This document shows, piece after piece, positions 29,906 to 41,447 of a DNA stretch of 64,000 nucleotides. The translations under genes and the position numbers were made by a program. The stretch is taken from NCBI GenBank assembly GCA_049512075.1, contig JBEKXL010000007.1, positions 1 to 64,000 on the forward strand, given 5' to 3'. Numbering within the stretch: position 1 is the first letter of the stretch; the number at the start of each line of letters is the position of its first letter. The notes beneath the pieces are model-generated. The model saw nothing but the letters and a program-made list of their open reading frames with translations, did not search any database and was not told the DNA's origin. Source of the DNA: Candidatus Bathyarchaeia archaeon (GTDB taxonomy: Archaea; Thermoproteota; Bathyarchaeia; Bathyarchaeales; Bathycorpusculaceae).

Positions 29906-32337
29906 GTGAGAGCAAGGAATCAAAGCCCAAACAGGACGGTCAGATTCGCATCGGAGTTTACGTTTGCCACTGCGGCTTGAACATCGCGGGTTCAGTGGAC
30001 TGCGGGGAGGTTGCCAAGTTTGCAGCGACCTTGCCGAACGTTGTCTTAGCTCAGGACAATCGGTACACTTGTTCAGATCAGGGCCAGGCTGGAATAAAGA
30101 AGGATATTCAAGAGCAAAAGCTGAACCGCGTTGTGGTGGCATCATGTTCTCCTCGTCTTCATGAACCGACGTTTAGAAAGACGTGCGAAGATGCTGGTTT
30201 GAATAAGTATCTTTTTGAAATGGCTAACATTCGTGAACATTGCAGTTGGGTTCACCTGTACGACAAAGAAGCGGCTACGGAGAAGGCCAAGGACCTTGTC
30301 AAAATGGCCGTGGCCAAGGTTGCTCTTCTTGAACCGGAAGATGAGGTTTCAGTCCCGATTACTCGAAAAGCTCTGGTTATCGGCGGCGGTGTGGCTGGCA
30401 TCCAGGCGGCCCTGGATCTTGCTGACACTGGCTATAAGGTGTACTTGGTGGAGAAGGAGCCAAGCATAGGTGGGATGATGGCGAGGATTGACAAGACTTT
30501 TCCAACTATGGACTGTTCTATTTGCATTCTTGCGCCCAAAATGTCTGATGCGGGTCATCATCCGAACATTGAGCTCCTAACTAACAGTGAAGTTGCTGAA
30601 GTGAAGGGTTACATCGGTAACTTTCACGTCAAGGTGCTGAGGAAGCCGCGGTACGTTACCAAGGATTGCTCAGCTTGCGGGGAATGTGTGAAAGTTTGTC
30701 CTATTGTGGCTCCGAACGAGTTTGACGTGGGTTTGGCGGTAAGGCATGGTGTTTATACTCCGTTTGCTCAGGCCGTCCCGTCGACGTACATCATTGACAT
30801 GAGCCTCTGTCTCAACAAGGAAGGCGTAATCGTTTGTGACAAGTGCACGAAGGCGTGCGAGAGGCAGGCGATTAGCTTTGAGATGAAACCTGTGACCGAC
30901 GAGCTTGAGGTGGGCACGATAATTGTTGCGACTGGAGCAGACGTGTTTGACCCTTCGGTTCTGCCTAACTACGGGTACGGCAAGATTGCGAACGTGATCA
31001 CGACTCTTGAATTTGAAAGATTGATAAACGCTGGCGGCCCTTCCGGCGGCCATCTGATAAGACCAAGTGACAAACAGATTCCAAAGCGTGTGGCCTTCGT
31101 TCAATGCGTCGGCTCAAGGTCTGACAGGAGTGGAAGGCTCTACTGCAGCAACGTTTGCTGCATGAACACGATTAAGGACAGCCTGCTGATAAAGGAACAC
31201 TGGCCTGACACTGAAATCTACGTTTTTTACGTAGACATAAGGGCTTACGGTAAGGGTTTCGAGGACCTTTACAAGCGCGCCAGAAACGCAGGAGTCGTTT
31301 TCATACGCGGACTGCCGGCTGAAATCGTTGAGGACAAGAAGACTCATAACGTGTGGCTCATAGGCGAGAACACGCTGAGGAAGGAAGTGTACAGAATAAG
31401 CGCGGACATGGCAATTCTCTCGATAGGCTTGGAGGCCAGAAAAGACAGCGAGACGATTCAGCGTCTGCTGACGCTTTCGAGAAACCAAGATGGCTTCTTC
31501 CTCGAGGCACATCCGAAGCTCAGGCCAGTTGACGCTGCCACAGGCGGAGTTTTCTTCGCCGGTTGCGCTGAATCTCCAAAGGACATAAAAGACAGCGTGA
31601 CTCAAGCAAGCGCGGCTGCAGCTCGCGCGGGCATTTTGATGGCAAAAGGACAAGTGACGGTCGAGGCTATCACTCCTATCACTTTTCCTGAAAAGTGCAA
31701 GGCTTGTGGGCTCTGCGTTAAGGTCTGCCCGTACAACGCGATTAGTTTGAACAAGGATTTGAAACGGGTTGAAATCATAGAGGCAGCGTGCGGCGGTTGC
31801 GGAACCTGCGCGGCGGAATGCAACTTCGGCGCCCTGACACAAAAACATTTCACGGACGAGCAGATAACGGCTCAGATAGACGCTATCACAGAGAATGAGC
31901 CGGAGAAGAAGATAGTTGCTTTCTGTTGCAACTGGTGCTCCTACGCCGGCGCGGACTTCGCAGGGGTCAGTAGAATGCAGTACCCACCGAACGCACGGAT
32001 CATAAGGACAATGTGTTCTGGACGCGTTGCTCAGAAGTTTATTGAGAGGGCTTTTGCGAGGGGCGCTGCCAGCGTGCTGGTGTCTGGTTGTCACTTGGGT
32101 GACTGCCACTACATTAACGCCAATTATCAGACGCAGAAGCGCGTAGAGCGGTTATTGAAAAAGATGGAGCAGAACGGCTTGGACAAGCAGAGACTGCAAC
32201 TTCTGTGGGCTTCAGCAGCAGAAGGCGAAAAATTCGCCTCAAAGATGCGAGAGATGAAAACGATAGTAGAGAACGTTAAGCCTGAGGAGATTGAGAAAGG
32301 CAAGAAGGTTTTTGCCAAGGCATTGGAGGGCGACTAA
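29902..32337 (+). CDS. hdrA: HdrA-MvhD fusion
   Basis: CHCGLNI, SCSPRLH, DKTFPTMDC, QCVGSR, CSNVCC; C-terminal FCCNWCSY...MCSGR...GCHLGDCHY. Confidence 0.93.
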   Translation: MSESKESKPKQDGQIRIGVYVCHCGLNIAGSVDCGEVAKFAATLPNVVLAQDNRYTCSDQGQAGIKKDIQEQKLNRVVVASCSPRLHEPTFRKTCEDAGLNKYLFEMANIREHCSWVHLYDKEAATEKAKDLVKMAVAKVALLEPEDEVSVPITRKALVIGGGVAGIQAALDLADTGYKVYLVEKEPSIGGMMARIDKTFPTMDCSICILAPKMSDAGHHPNIELLTNSEVAEVKGYIGNFHVKVLRKPRYVTKDCSACGECVKVCPIVAPNEFDVGLAVRHGVYTPFAQAVPSTYIIDMSLCLNKEGVIVCDKCTKACERQAISFEMKPVTDELEVGTIIVATGADVFDPSVLPNYGYGKIANVITTLEFERLINAGGPSGGHLIRPSDKQIPKRVAFVQCVGSRSDRSGRLYCSNVCCMNTIKDSLLIKEHWPDTEIYVFYVDIRAYGKGFEDLYKRARNAGVVFIRGLPAEIVEDKKTHNVWLIGENTLRKEVYRISADMAILSIGLEARKDSETIQRLLTLSRNQDGFFLEAHPKLRPVDAATGGVFFAGCAESPKDIKDSVTQASAAAARAGILMAKGQVTVEAITPITFPEKCKACGLCVKVCPYNAISLNKDLKRVEIIEAACGGCGTCAAECNFGALTQKHFTDEQITAQIDAITENEPEKKIVAFCCNWCSYAGADFAGVSRMQYPPNARIIRTMCSGRVAQKFIERAFARGAASVLVSGCHLGDCHYINANYQTQKRVERLLKKMEQNGLDKQRLQLLWASAAEGEKFASKMREMKTIVENVKPEEIEKGKKVFAKALEGD

Positions 32338-32340
32338 AGT

Positions 32341-32619
32341 ATGCCCGAAAGGATTCGCCATGCTCCACTTGACTTGGAACAGATCAAGCCTGCAAAGGCG
32401 GAAATCCATTTGATTAAGGATGAGTGCAAGGGATGCGGCTACTGCATTGAATTCTGTCCGAAGAAAGTTCTAGAAGAGTCAGACGAAATAAACGCTAGAG
32501 GTGTTCATCCACCGAAAGTTGTGGATGAAGACAAATGCATAATCTGTAGCTTCTGCAGTGCAGTTTGTCCAGATTTTGCAATTTTCGTGGTTGAAAAAAA
32601 GAACAAGGAAGGAAAATGA
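32341..32619 (+). CDS. korD: 2-oxoacid:ferredoxin oxidoreductase delta subunit
   Basis: CKGCGYCIEFCP and CIICSFCSAVCPDFAI. Confidence 0.88.
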   Translation: MPERIRHAPLDLEQIKPAKAEIHLIKDECKGCGYCIEFCPKKVLEESDEINARGVHPPKVVDEDKCIICSFCSAVCPDFAIFVVEKKNKEGK

Positions 32620-32620
32620 T

Positions 32621-33772
32621 ATGCCCAGAATAAAAAGTGCGCTGACAGGGGCGCATTTCATGAACGGCGACGTGGCGTGCGCTGAAGGCGCAATAGCCGT
32701 TGGTTGCAGATTTTTCGCCGGTTACCCTATTACTCCCGCAACAGAAATTGCCGAACACTTGTCTCAGAGGATGCCCGAGTTTGGCGGAATCTACGTACAA
32801 ATGGAAGATGAAATTGCTTCACTGGCGGCTGTGATCGGCGCTTCCTACTCTGGCTTGAAGGCTATGACCGCCACTTCTGGGCCTGGTTTCAGTCTCATGC
32901 AGGAAAACATCGGGCTTGCCGTGATGACTGAGGCTCCATGCGTAATCGTGGATGTTATGCGTGGAGGCCCGAGCACTGGGCAACCTACAATGCCCGGGCA
33001 GCAGGATGTGATGCAGGCCAAGTGGGGTTCGCATGGTGATTATGGGATCATAGCTCTGACCCCCAGCTCGGTTCAGGAGATGTTCGATTTGACCGTTGAA
33101 GCTTTCAATCTTTCTGAGGCTTATCGTGTTCCAACTTTGCTGATGGGAGACGAAATCGTTGGGCACATGTGGGAGAAAGTTGTAATTCCTTCGCCGGACA
33201 AGATAAGAATTGTCAACCGTAAGAAGCCGAATGTGCCGCCTGAGAAGTACCTGCCTTTCAAGCCTGATGACGATTTGGTGCCCCCTATGGCCTGTTTCGG
33301 AGAAGGGTATCATTTCCACTCGACAGGTTTGACGCACGATGAGCATGGTTATCCGCGAACCTCAAGTTCCGAAGTCCAGTCTAAGCTGGTCAGGCGACTG
33401 TGTGACAAGATTCAGAAGAACGCGGACAAGATAGTCAAGGTTGAAGAGGTCATGCTGGAAGATGCGGAGGTTGTAGTCGTCGCTTATGGCATAGTTGCTC
33501 GCGCAGCGTTAAGCGCGATTAGAAAGGCGCGAGAGAAGGGCATCAAAGCGGGGCTCCTGAGATTGATAACGCTGTGGCCTTTCCCAGAAGAACGCGTCGC
33601 AAAAGCTGCCAAAAGAGCAAGAGCGATCGTTGTTCCGGAAATGAACTGCGGGCAAATGGTGCGAGAAGTTGAGAGAGTTGCAAAAGAGACTCCTGTCGTG
33701 TTTCTCTCGAAGCTGGGCGAGGAACCTCACACTCCTTTGGAGATTCTTGAGGCTATAAGGAGGAGCAAGTAA
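32621..33772 (+). CDS. korA: 2-oxoacid:ferredoxin oxidoreductase alpha subunit
   Basis: GYPITPA, QMEDE, TATSGPGFSL, MRGGPSTG; start moved to MPRIK. Confidence 0.93.
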   Translation: MPRIKSALTGAHFMNGDVACAEGAIAVGCRFFAGYPITPATEIAEHLSQRMPEFGGIYVQMEDEIASLAAVIGASYSGLKAMTATSGPGFSLMQENIGLAVMTEAPCVIVDVMRGGPSTGQPTMPGQQDVMQAKWGSHGDYGIIALTPSSVQEMFDLTVEAFNLSEAYRVPTLLMGDEIVGHMWEKVVIPSPDKIRIVNRKKPNVPPEKYLPFKPDDDLVPPMACFGEGYHFHSTGLTHDEHGYPRTSSSEVQSKLVRRLCDKIQKNADKIVKVEEVMLEDAEVVVVAYGIVARAALSAIRKAREKGIKAGLLRLITLWPFPEERVAKAAKRARAIVVPEMNCGQMVREVERVAKETPVVFLSKLGEEPHTPLEILEAIRRSK

Positions 33773-34630
33773 ATGGTTCAGGAAACTGTTCCAGTTGTCG
33801 TGCATCCGTTTTCGAAGTATCTGAGAGCCGAAATGATGCCGCACATATGGTGCCAAGGCTGCGGTAACGGTGTTCTTTTGAACTGTTTTGTACACGCATT
33901 GGATGAGCTTCAGACAGATTTGGATAAGCTCGTCGTCGTCTCGGGCATTGGCTGTATTGGACGCACGGCTGGTTACATGAATGCGGATTCGTTCCATACG
34001 ACACACGGTCGCGCCTTGGCTTTTGCGACTGGAGTGAAGCTGGCTAACCCAGAGTTAGAAATCGTGGTCATAAGCGGTGATGGTGACCTCTTCGCGATAG
34101 GAGGGAACCATTTCATACACGCGGCCCGAAGAAACATTGGGATTAAGGTTCTGTGCGCTAACAATCTGAACTATGGTATGACTGGAGGGCAGCAGGGTCC
34201 TACGACGCCGCTTGAATCGGTAACGACCACGAGTCCGTACGGGAACATTGAGCATCCGTTCAACCTTGTGCATTTAGCTGCGGCTTCGGGTTCCACGTAC
34301 GTGGCCCGATGGACCTCTCTGCACGTGCGGAGGTTGACGCAGTCCATCAAGAAGATGTTGCAGAAGGAGGGTTTCTGTTTTGTCGAGATGCTTTCACCTT
34401 GCCCTGAGATTTATGGTCGTTACAACAAGATGCGGTCAGGGCTTGAGATGATGAGTTGGTTCAAGAAGGCTTCGGTTGTCGAGAACTTCTCAGATCCCTC
34501 AAAGGCGGATATTACACCGGAGCGAATAGTTGTAGGTGAGTTTGTTGACATTGAGAAACTGAGCTATGAGAAGATGTTGCATGAGAAGATTTCCAAGATT
34601 AACGAGAAGGCGATTGAAGGGGTGAGCTAG
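33773..34630 (+). CDS. korB: 2-oxoacid:ferredoxin oxidoreductase beta subunit
   Basis: WCQGCG, SGIGC, HGRA, GDGD, YGMTGGQ. Confidence 0.93.
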   Translation: MVQETVPVVVHPFSKYLRAEMMPHIWCQGCGNGVLLNCFVHALDELQTDLDKLVVVSGIGCIGRTAGYMNADSFHTTHGRALAFATGVKLANPELEIVVISGDGDLFAIGGNHFIHAARRNIGIKVLCANNLNYGMTGGQQGPTTPLESVTTTSPYGNIEHPFNLVHLAAASGSTYVARWTSLHVRRLTQSIKKMLQKEGFCFVEMLSPCPEIYGRYNKMRSGLEMMSWFKKASVVENFSDPSKADITPERIVVGEFVDIEKLSYEKMLHEKISKINEKAIEGVS

Positions 34631-34631
34631 C

Positions 34632-35174
34632 GTGCGGGTTGAGGTTAGGTTCGCAGGCTTTGGTGGGCAGGGGATAATCAAGTCTGGGATAATCGTGGCG
34701 GCTGCTGCTTCCATACACTCGGACAAGAATGCTGTTCAGACACAGTCTTACGGTCCTGAATCGCGTGGAGGAGCGTGCAAGTCTGAAGTCGTGATTTCTG
34801 AGGAGGACATTGACTTTCCGAAGGTCGTTGAGCCTGACGTCTTGGTTGTGCTGTCGCAGGCCGCGTACAACGATTATGCAGAGGACGTGAAGCCTGGCGG
34901 TACAGTGATATTGGATCCTGACATGATTCCGCGAGAGAAGAGTTTGAAGAACTTCAAGGTTTACCGTGTCCCCGCGACGAAAATAGCGGAAGAACTGGGG
35001 AGAAGAATAGTTGCCAACATCGTTATGCTAGGAGCGTTCACCGCCATCACCGAACTGCTGGATGAGAACGCTCTGAAGGAGTCTGTTAAGGAGAATATCC
35101 CGAAGGGCACGGAAGAGTTGAATTTGGCAGCTTTCGACAAAGGATTTGAATACGGAAAAACTGTCAAAAAATAG
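34632..35174 (+). CDS. korC: 2-oxoacid:ferredoxin oxidoreductase gamma subunit
   Basis: GFGGQG, SYGPESRGG, NIVMLGA. Confidence 0.92.
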   Translation: MRVEVRFAGFGGQGIIKSGIIVAAAASIHSDKNAVQTQSYGPESRGGACKSEVVISEEDIDFPKVVEPDVLVVLSQAAYNDYAEDVKPGGTVILDPDMIPREKSLKNFKVYRVPATKIAEELGRRIVANIVMLGAFTAITELLDENALKESVKENIPKGTEELNLAAFDKGFEYGKTVKK

Positions 35175-35178
35175 GGGT

Positions 35179-35787
35179 TTAAGCGTTCTGCTGGACTTGC
35201 GGGTTGGACAAGGCGGATATGACTTTAGAGCCTCTGATGCCCACGTGACGCAGTGGAGCAATCTTCTTTGCCACGTTGTATATGTCTGAAGCTATTTTTC
35301 CGAGAACGATTTCCTGTGCCAGCTGATCCATCGTGAGGGCTGAAGCTTTTTCTTTGATTATCTTGTCCATTATGGCGCGCAAGATCTTTTCCTGTGATGT
35401 CTTGATTCTTGAAAGTGTAAAAGCGCTGACAGCTACTCTCAACGTGTATCCGTCTTTCGTCGTGACCTTGAACAGACCGTCAACCTTTGTTGTTCTCCTT
35501 CTTACCAGGCTTCGTAGGTAGTCCCGCGAGTATTCGTGTCCTTTGAACATTGTCTTAGCGGTTTTGCCGTCGATTTCGGTTATTTGGAAGCGCATTTTCA
35601 GGTATTGGTGAGCAAAATCGTTTGTTATGTCATAAAGCGTCGAGTCAATCACTCTTCCAACGAGTTTCTGCGGTTCATCTGCGGGGACTCCCCCGAGTTC
35701 GACGCTTCCGAAGTAGGGTGGAGCCGTTACCATGTACCATTGCTTGCTTCGCCACTTGTCACGCACTTTTTTTGTTTTTGAAGACAC
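35179..35787 (-). CDS. rps3ae: 30S ribosomal protein S3Ae (eS1)
   Basis: DKWRSKQWY..APPYF, DYLRSLVRR, TKDGY. Confidence 0.96.
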   Translation of the reverse strand: MSSKTKKVRDKWRSKQWYMVTAPPYFGSVELGGVPADEPQKLVGRVIDSTLYDITNDFAHQYLKMRFQITEIDGKTAKTMFKGHEYSRDYLRSLVRRRTTKVDGLFKVTTKDGYTLRVAVSAFTLSRIKTSQEKILRAIMDKIIKEKASALTMDQLAQEIVLGKIASDIYNVAKKIAPLRHVGIRGSKVISALSNPQVQQNA

Positions 35788-35837
35788 TTTTATCCTCCGG
35801 GTGCAGCTTGAATGTTCACATCAGAGTATTAAAAGTT

Positions 35838-37127
35838 TTACCGTTTGGAGGCTATTTTTGCGATTCCGCCCATGTACTTTCTCAGCGCTTCAGGGACAGT
35901 TATTGATCCATCTTCTTGCTGATAATTTTCGAGGATGGCGACGATTGTTCTGCCCGTGGCAAGGGCTGTTGAGTTCAGGGTGTGGACGAAGCCTTTGGGT
36001 GCTTCGCCTTCTTTTTCTCGGTACTTGATGTTCAGTCTTCTAGCTTGATAGTCGGTGCAGTTGCTGCATGAGACCATTTCTCTGTAGGCGTTCTGTGCGG
36101 GCATCCATGCTTCAATGTCGTATTTCTTTGCTGCTACGGTTCCAATATCGCCCGTGCACACGTTTACGACGCGGTAGGACAGCCCGAGTTTCTGGATGAT
36201 TTCCTCGGCGTTGTGTATAAGTTCTTCATGGATTTTCCACGAATCTTCAGGCTTGCAGAATACGAACTGTTCAACCTTGTTGAACTGGTGCGTTCGAAAA
36301 ATCCCCCGCGTGTCCTTACCATGCGCTCCAGCTTCTTTCCTGAAGTTCGTACTGAACCCGGCAAACTTTAGAGGTAGGTCTTCTGCTTTCAGCACTTCGT
36401 CCATGTACATTGATGCCAAAGGGTGTTCTGCAGTTGCGATTAGGTATAGGTCTTCGTTCTCAATCTTATAGAGTACATTTTCAAAGTCGCCTAAGGCCAC
36501 TACGCCTTCGTAGGGTTTCCTTCTGATTAGGAAAGGCGGTTCGATGGGCTTGTAGCCCTTCTTGTTCATTTCTTTCAGGGCAAAGCTGATTATGGCATTG
36601 TCGAGGAAGACAGCTTCGTTCTTGAGGTAGAAGAATCGTGCCCCAGCGATTTTTCCCGCTCTTTCGATGTCTATGATGTCAAGGTTCAGGCCTAGATCTA
36701 TGTGGCCTTTTGCTGGAAAACTGAATTTGGGGATTTTGCCCCATTTTCTGATTTCAACGTTGTCATTTTCGTCCTTGCCCGTGGGCACGGTTTCGTGGAG
36801 CAAGTTTGGCAGGCGCATCAGCAGGTCGTGTACCTTTTCTTCCCATTCGCTGACGCGTCCTTCGAGAGCATTGATTTCATTGTCCGTTTCTTTTGCCTTG
36901 GAGATTTTGTCTGCAGCGTCTTCCCCCTTTTTCTTCGTAGTGGCTATTTCGGCGGTTATCTGTTTTCTCTCGTGGCGCAGCTCGTTCAGTCTGGTTAAGC
37001 CTTGCCGCCACTGTTTGTCATAATCGATTAGGCTGTCGAGCATTTTCTGGTTTTCAGGGTCTCCTCTCTTTTCCAAGTTGTTTCTTACTGAATCTGGGTT
37101 TTCGCGAATGAGCTTGATATCAAGCAT
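35838..37127 (-). CDS. serS: seryl-tRNA synthetase
   Basis: MLDIKLIRENP, ATAE, FRKEAG, HQFNKVEQF, SCSNCTDYQARR, HTLNST. Confidence 0.97.
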   Translation of the reverse strand: MLDIKLIRENPDSVRNNLEKRGDPENQKMLDSLIDYDKQWRQGLTRLNELRHERKQITAEIATTKKKGEDAADKISKAKETDNEINALEGRVSEWEEKVHDLLMRLPNLLHETVPTGKDENDNVEIRKWGKIPKFSFPAKGHIDLGLNLDIIDIERAGKIAGARFFYLKNEAVFLDNAIISFALKEMNKKGYKPIEPPFLIRRKPYEGVVALGDFENVLYKIENEDLYLIATAEHPLASMYMDEVLKAEDLPLKFAGFSTNFRKEAGAHGKDTRGIFRTHQFNKVEQFVFCKPEDSWKIHEELIHNAEEIIQKLGLSYRVVNVCTGDIGTVAAKKYDIEAWMPAQNAYREMVSCSNCTDYQARRLNIKYREKEGEAPKGFVHTLNSTALATGRTIVAILENYQQEDGSITVPEALRKYMGGIAKIASKR

Positions 37128-37224
37128 TTTCTGTCACTTGCAACGTTTAACGTTAGCCTTGAATTGTTTATTTAACGTTGCGATCGAAGTTTGGGGCGAA
37201 GCGAAAATATGGTTTCAAAGTGTT

Positions 37225-37416
37225 GCTGAACTCTCAAGATGCAGCCTTAGCGTGTTATGGGAGAAACCCGCTTCACTTAGAAGTTGAGTGAAGACTCTGG
37301 GTTTGCCGTCTTGAAGCACAGCCAAAATACGCTCAGCAAGCAAACCCCTGGAACTGCCTGTGCAGAACCAGACCTAAAACCATTTTTGATCAATTTAGAA
37401 ACACGCATGCGCGCTA
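37225..37416 (-). mobile_element. GCGCGC-bounded wHTH mini-element copy 4 (5' part)
   Basis: Minus strand TAGCGCGCATGCGTGTTTCTAAATTGATCAAAAATGG then ERILAVLQDGKPRVFTQLLSEAGFSHNTLRLHLE. Confidence 0.82.
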
Positions 37417-37557
37417 CGAAGTCACTTGCTTTGAGCTTTTGGCAATACGGAATAAGGAAGTCATCTATCAGATAGAGATACAACTCCATGAAATCGCATA
37501 TCAAACGCGGCTTCCCCATCGCAGTACTATGCAGAAAACCCAAGCAAGGTTCAAGTC
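37417..37557 (-). pseudogene. cas1: cas1 internal fragment (solo Cas1/casposase-like)
   Basis: LEPCLGFLHSTAMGKPRLICDFMELYLYLIDDF matches Cas1 catalytic segment LxPxxGFLH...LxxDxxE; bounded by GCGCGC on both sides. Confidence 0.8.
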
Positions 37558-37629
37558 GCGCGCGTGGTGTGCGTTAGCTATAAAAGGCGAAGGTTTGTTA
37601 TTATGAATTGTTGAAGCTTGGGAAATCAT

Positions 37630-37968
37630 ATGAGTGAAGGATCTGAAAGTGTCAAGCCGGTTTCGCCTGAGAAGCTTTTGATTGATGATCCCTCCAACTT
37701 TCTGTTTCATGCTGCTTATCTCACCTATTGTGAGGCGTTTGACAAGACGGTTGATCCTGAGGGCAAGAAGCAGCTCAACGAGAGCATTGTGGCTCTTCAG
37801 CAGAATCAAATAGACTGTCAGACTTTCTACAGGAACATCAGTCGCTACCGTGAAGACAATGGGACAGCCCCGCGCACTTATGGGCGAATGATGATCAAGA
37901 CGCAGAGAAAGCGAGAGTGGCGTAGGCGAACGCAGAAACACGAGAGGATCCAGCGGCACAAGAAATAG
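37630..37968 (+). CDS. hypothetical protein with basic C-terminus
   Basis: Clean ORF with host-like codon usage, TATA-like element upstream. Confidence 0.7.
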   Translation: MSEGSESVKPVSPEKLLIDDPSNFLFHAAYLTYCEAFDKTVDPEGKKQLNESIVALQQNQIDCQTFYRNISRYREDNGTAPRTYGRMMIKTQRKREWRRRTQKHERIQRHKK

Positions 37969-38032
37969 GCAACCTCTACAATTGGCGTTCGTGAAGTCGC
38001 ATTCTGTCGAACTTTCGCAATGAGACAAAGGC

Positions 38033-39055
38033 GTGGTGAGGGATTTGCGCGGTTGGAAATCTGTCTTGAAAGCAGATCCAACGGAGTGGTTGTTGGGTGA
38101 GGATAATCCTTCCGTGCGTTGCTTCACGTTGATCGACGTTTTGGATAAGAGTGAGAACGATCTAGACGTGGAGAAATCTAGGAAAGCAATAATGCAGATT
38201 GGCGCGGTGCCCAAGATTTTGTCCAAACAGAAGAGCGGGGGCTACTGGGGGGTTGCTGAGAATTTCTATGTCAAAGGCAAGTACAGGGGGACAGTTTGGC
38301 AGCTCATGGTTCTGGCGGAGCTTGGGGCAGATCCAGAAGAAGAGCGGGTGAGACATGCTTGTGAATTCATTCTTGAGCATTCTCAGGATCGTGAGAGTGG
38401 CGGTTTCTCCTACATGTGTGTTTCTAATCGCGGAGGAGCACATGACAAGGTGTTACCGTGTCTCACGGGAAACATGGTTTGGAGTTTGATCAGACTTGGC
38501 TATTTGAAGGATGTTCGAGTTCGGAAGGGAATAGAATGGATCGTCAGGTATCAAAGGTTTGATGATGGAGTGGAAGAGGCGGCGAAGGGTTGGCCGTATT
38601 ACAAGCGTGAAAAATGCTGGGGCAGGCACAGTTGCCATATGGGCGTGGTCAAGACCTTGAAAGCGTTGGCCGAAATCCCAGCAGAGGAAAGGTCCGAAAA
38701 TGTGAAGTGCACGATTGAGAAAGGAGCTGAACACATCCTGAAACATCATGTTCACAAGAGAAGCCATGACTTGACGCGCGTCTCCAAGCCGGAGTGGCTG
38801 CAATTTGGTTTTCCATTGATGTGGAACACCGACGCCCTGGAGATATTGGTCATTTTGACGAAGCTGGGTTACCATGACGAGCGTATGCAGGAGGCAATAG
38901 ACCTAGTAGTTTCAAAACAAGATGACTTGGGCAGATGGAAGCTGGAAAGAAGCTTCAACGGACGCTTTCAAGTGAACATCGAGCAGGAGGGCAAGCCGAA
39001 CAAGTGGGTTACGTTGAACGCGCTCAGGGTTCTAAAGAGATTCTACATCAAGTGA
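38033..39055 (+). CDS. prenyltransferase/squalene-cyclase-repeat protein (often mislabelled NifH)
   Basis: QW-like repeats QKSGGYW, QDRESGGF, QRFDDG, QDDLGRW; no P-loop. Confidence 0.8.
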   Translation: MVRDLRGWKSVLKADPTEWLLGEDNPSVRCFTLIDVLDKSENDLDVEKSRKAIMQIGAVPKILSKQKSGGYWGVAENFYVKGKYRGTVWQLMVLAELGADPEEERVRHACEFILEHSQDRESGGFSYMCVSNRGGAHDKVLPCLTGNMVWSLIRLGYLKDVRVRKGIEWIVRYQRFDDGVEEAAKGWPYYKREKCWGRHSCHMGVVKTLKALAEIPAEERSENVKCTIEKGAEHILKHHVHKRSHDLTRVSKPEWLQFGFPLMWNTDALEILVILTKLGYHDERMQEAIDLVVSKQDDLGRWKLERSFNGRFQVNIEQEGKPNKWVTLNALRVLKRFYIK

Positions 39056-39074
39056 ACTCGCGCGCTGTTACAGA

Positions 39075-41322
<2,248 letters not shown>

Positions 41323-41447
41323 GTCCGAGTGAACCTCTGACAGTTCGTGTATGGAGAAGAATTCTAAAGGCATATATGCAGATATAAGAGTTTAGGGGCA
41401 AGAGGCTAAAACATTCCTTTCTCATACAAACTATTGTGTTTGGCAAA

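Noticed and set aside
31114-32109. Long antisense ORFs such as this 331-aa frame (also 670-1386, 37501-38226)
   Set aside because: Shadows of well-supported genes on the opposite strand.
37225-37563. CRISPR-Cas locus around the cas1 fragment
   Set aside because: No regularly spaced repeats and no other cas genes.
38033-39055. NifH label
   Set aside because: No P-loop or NifH cysteine motifs; it is an alpha-barrel prenyltransferase-like protein.
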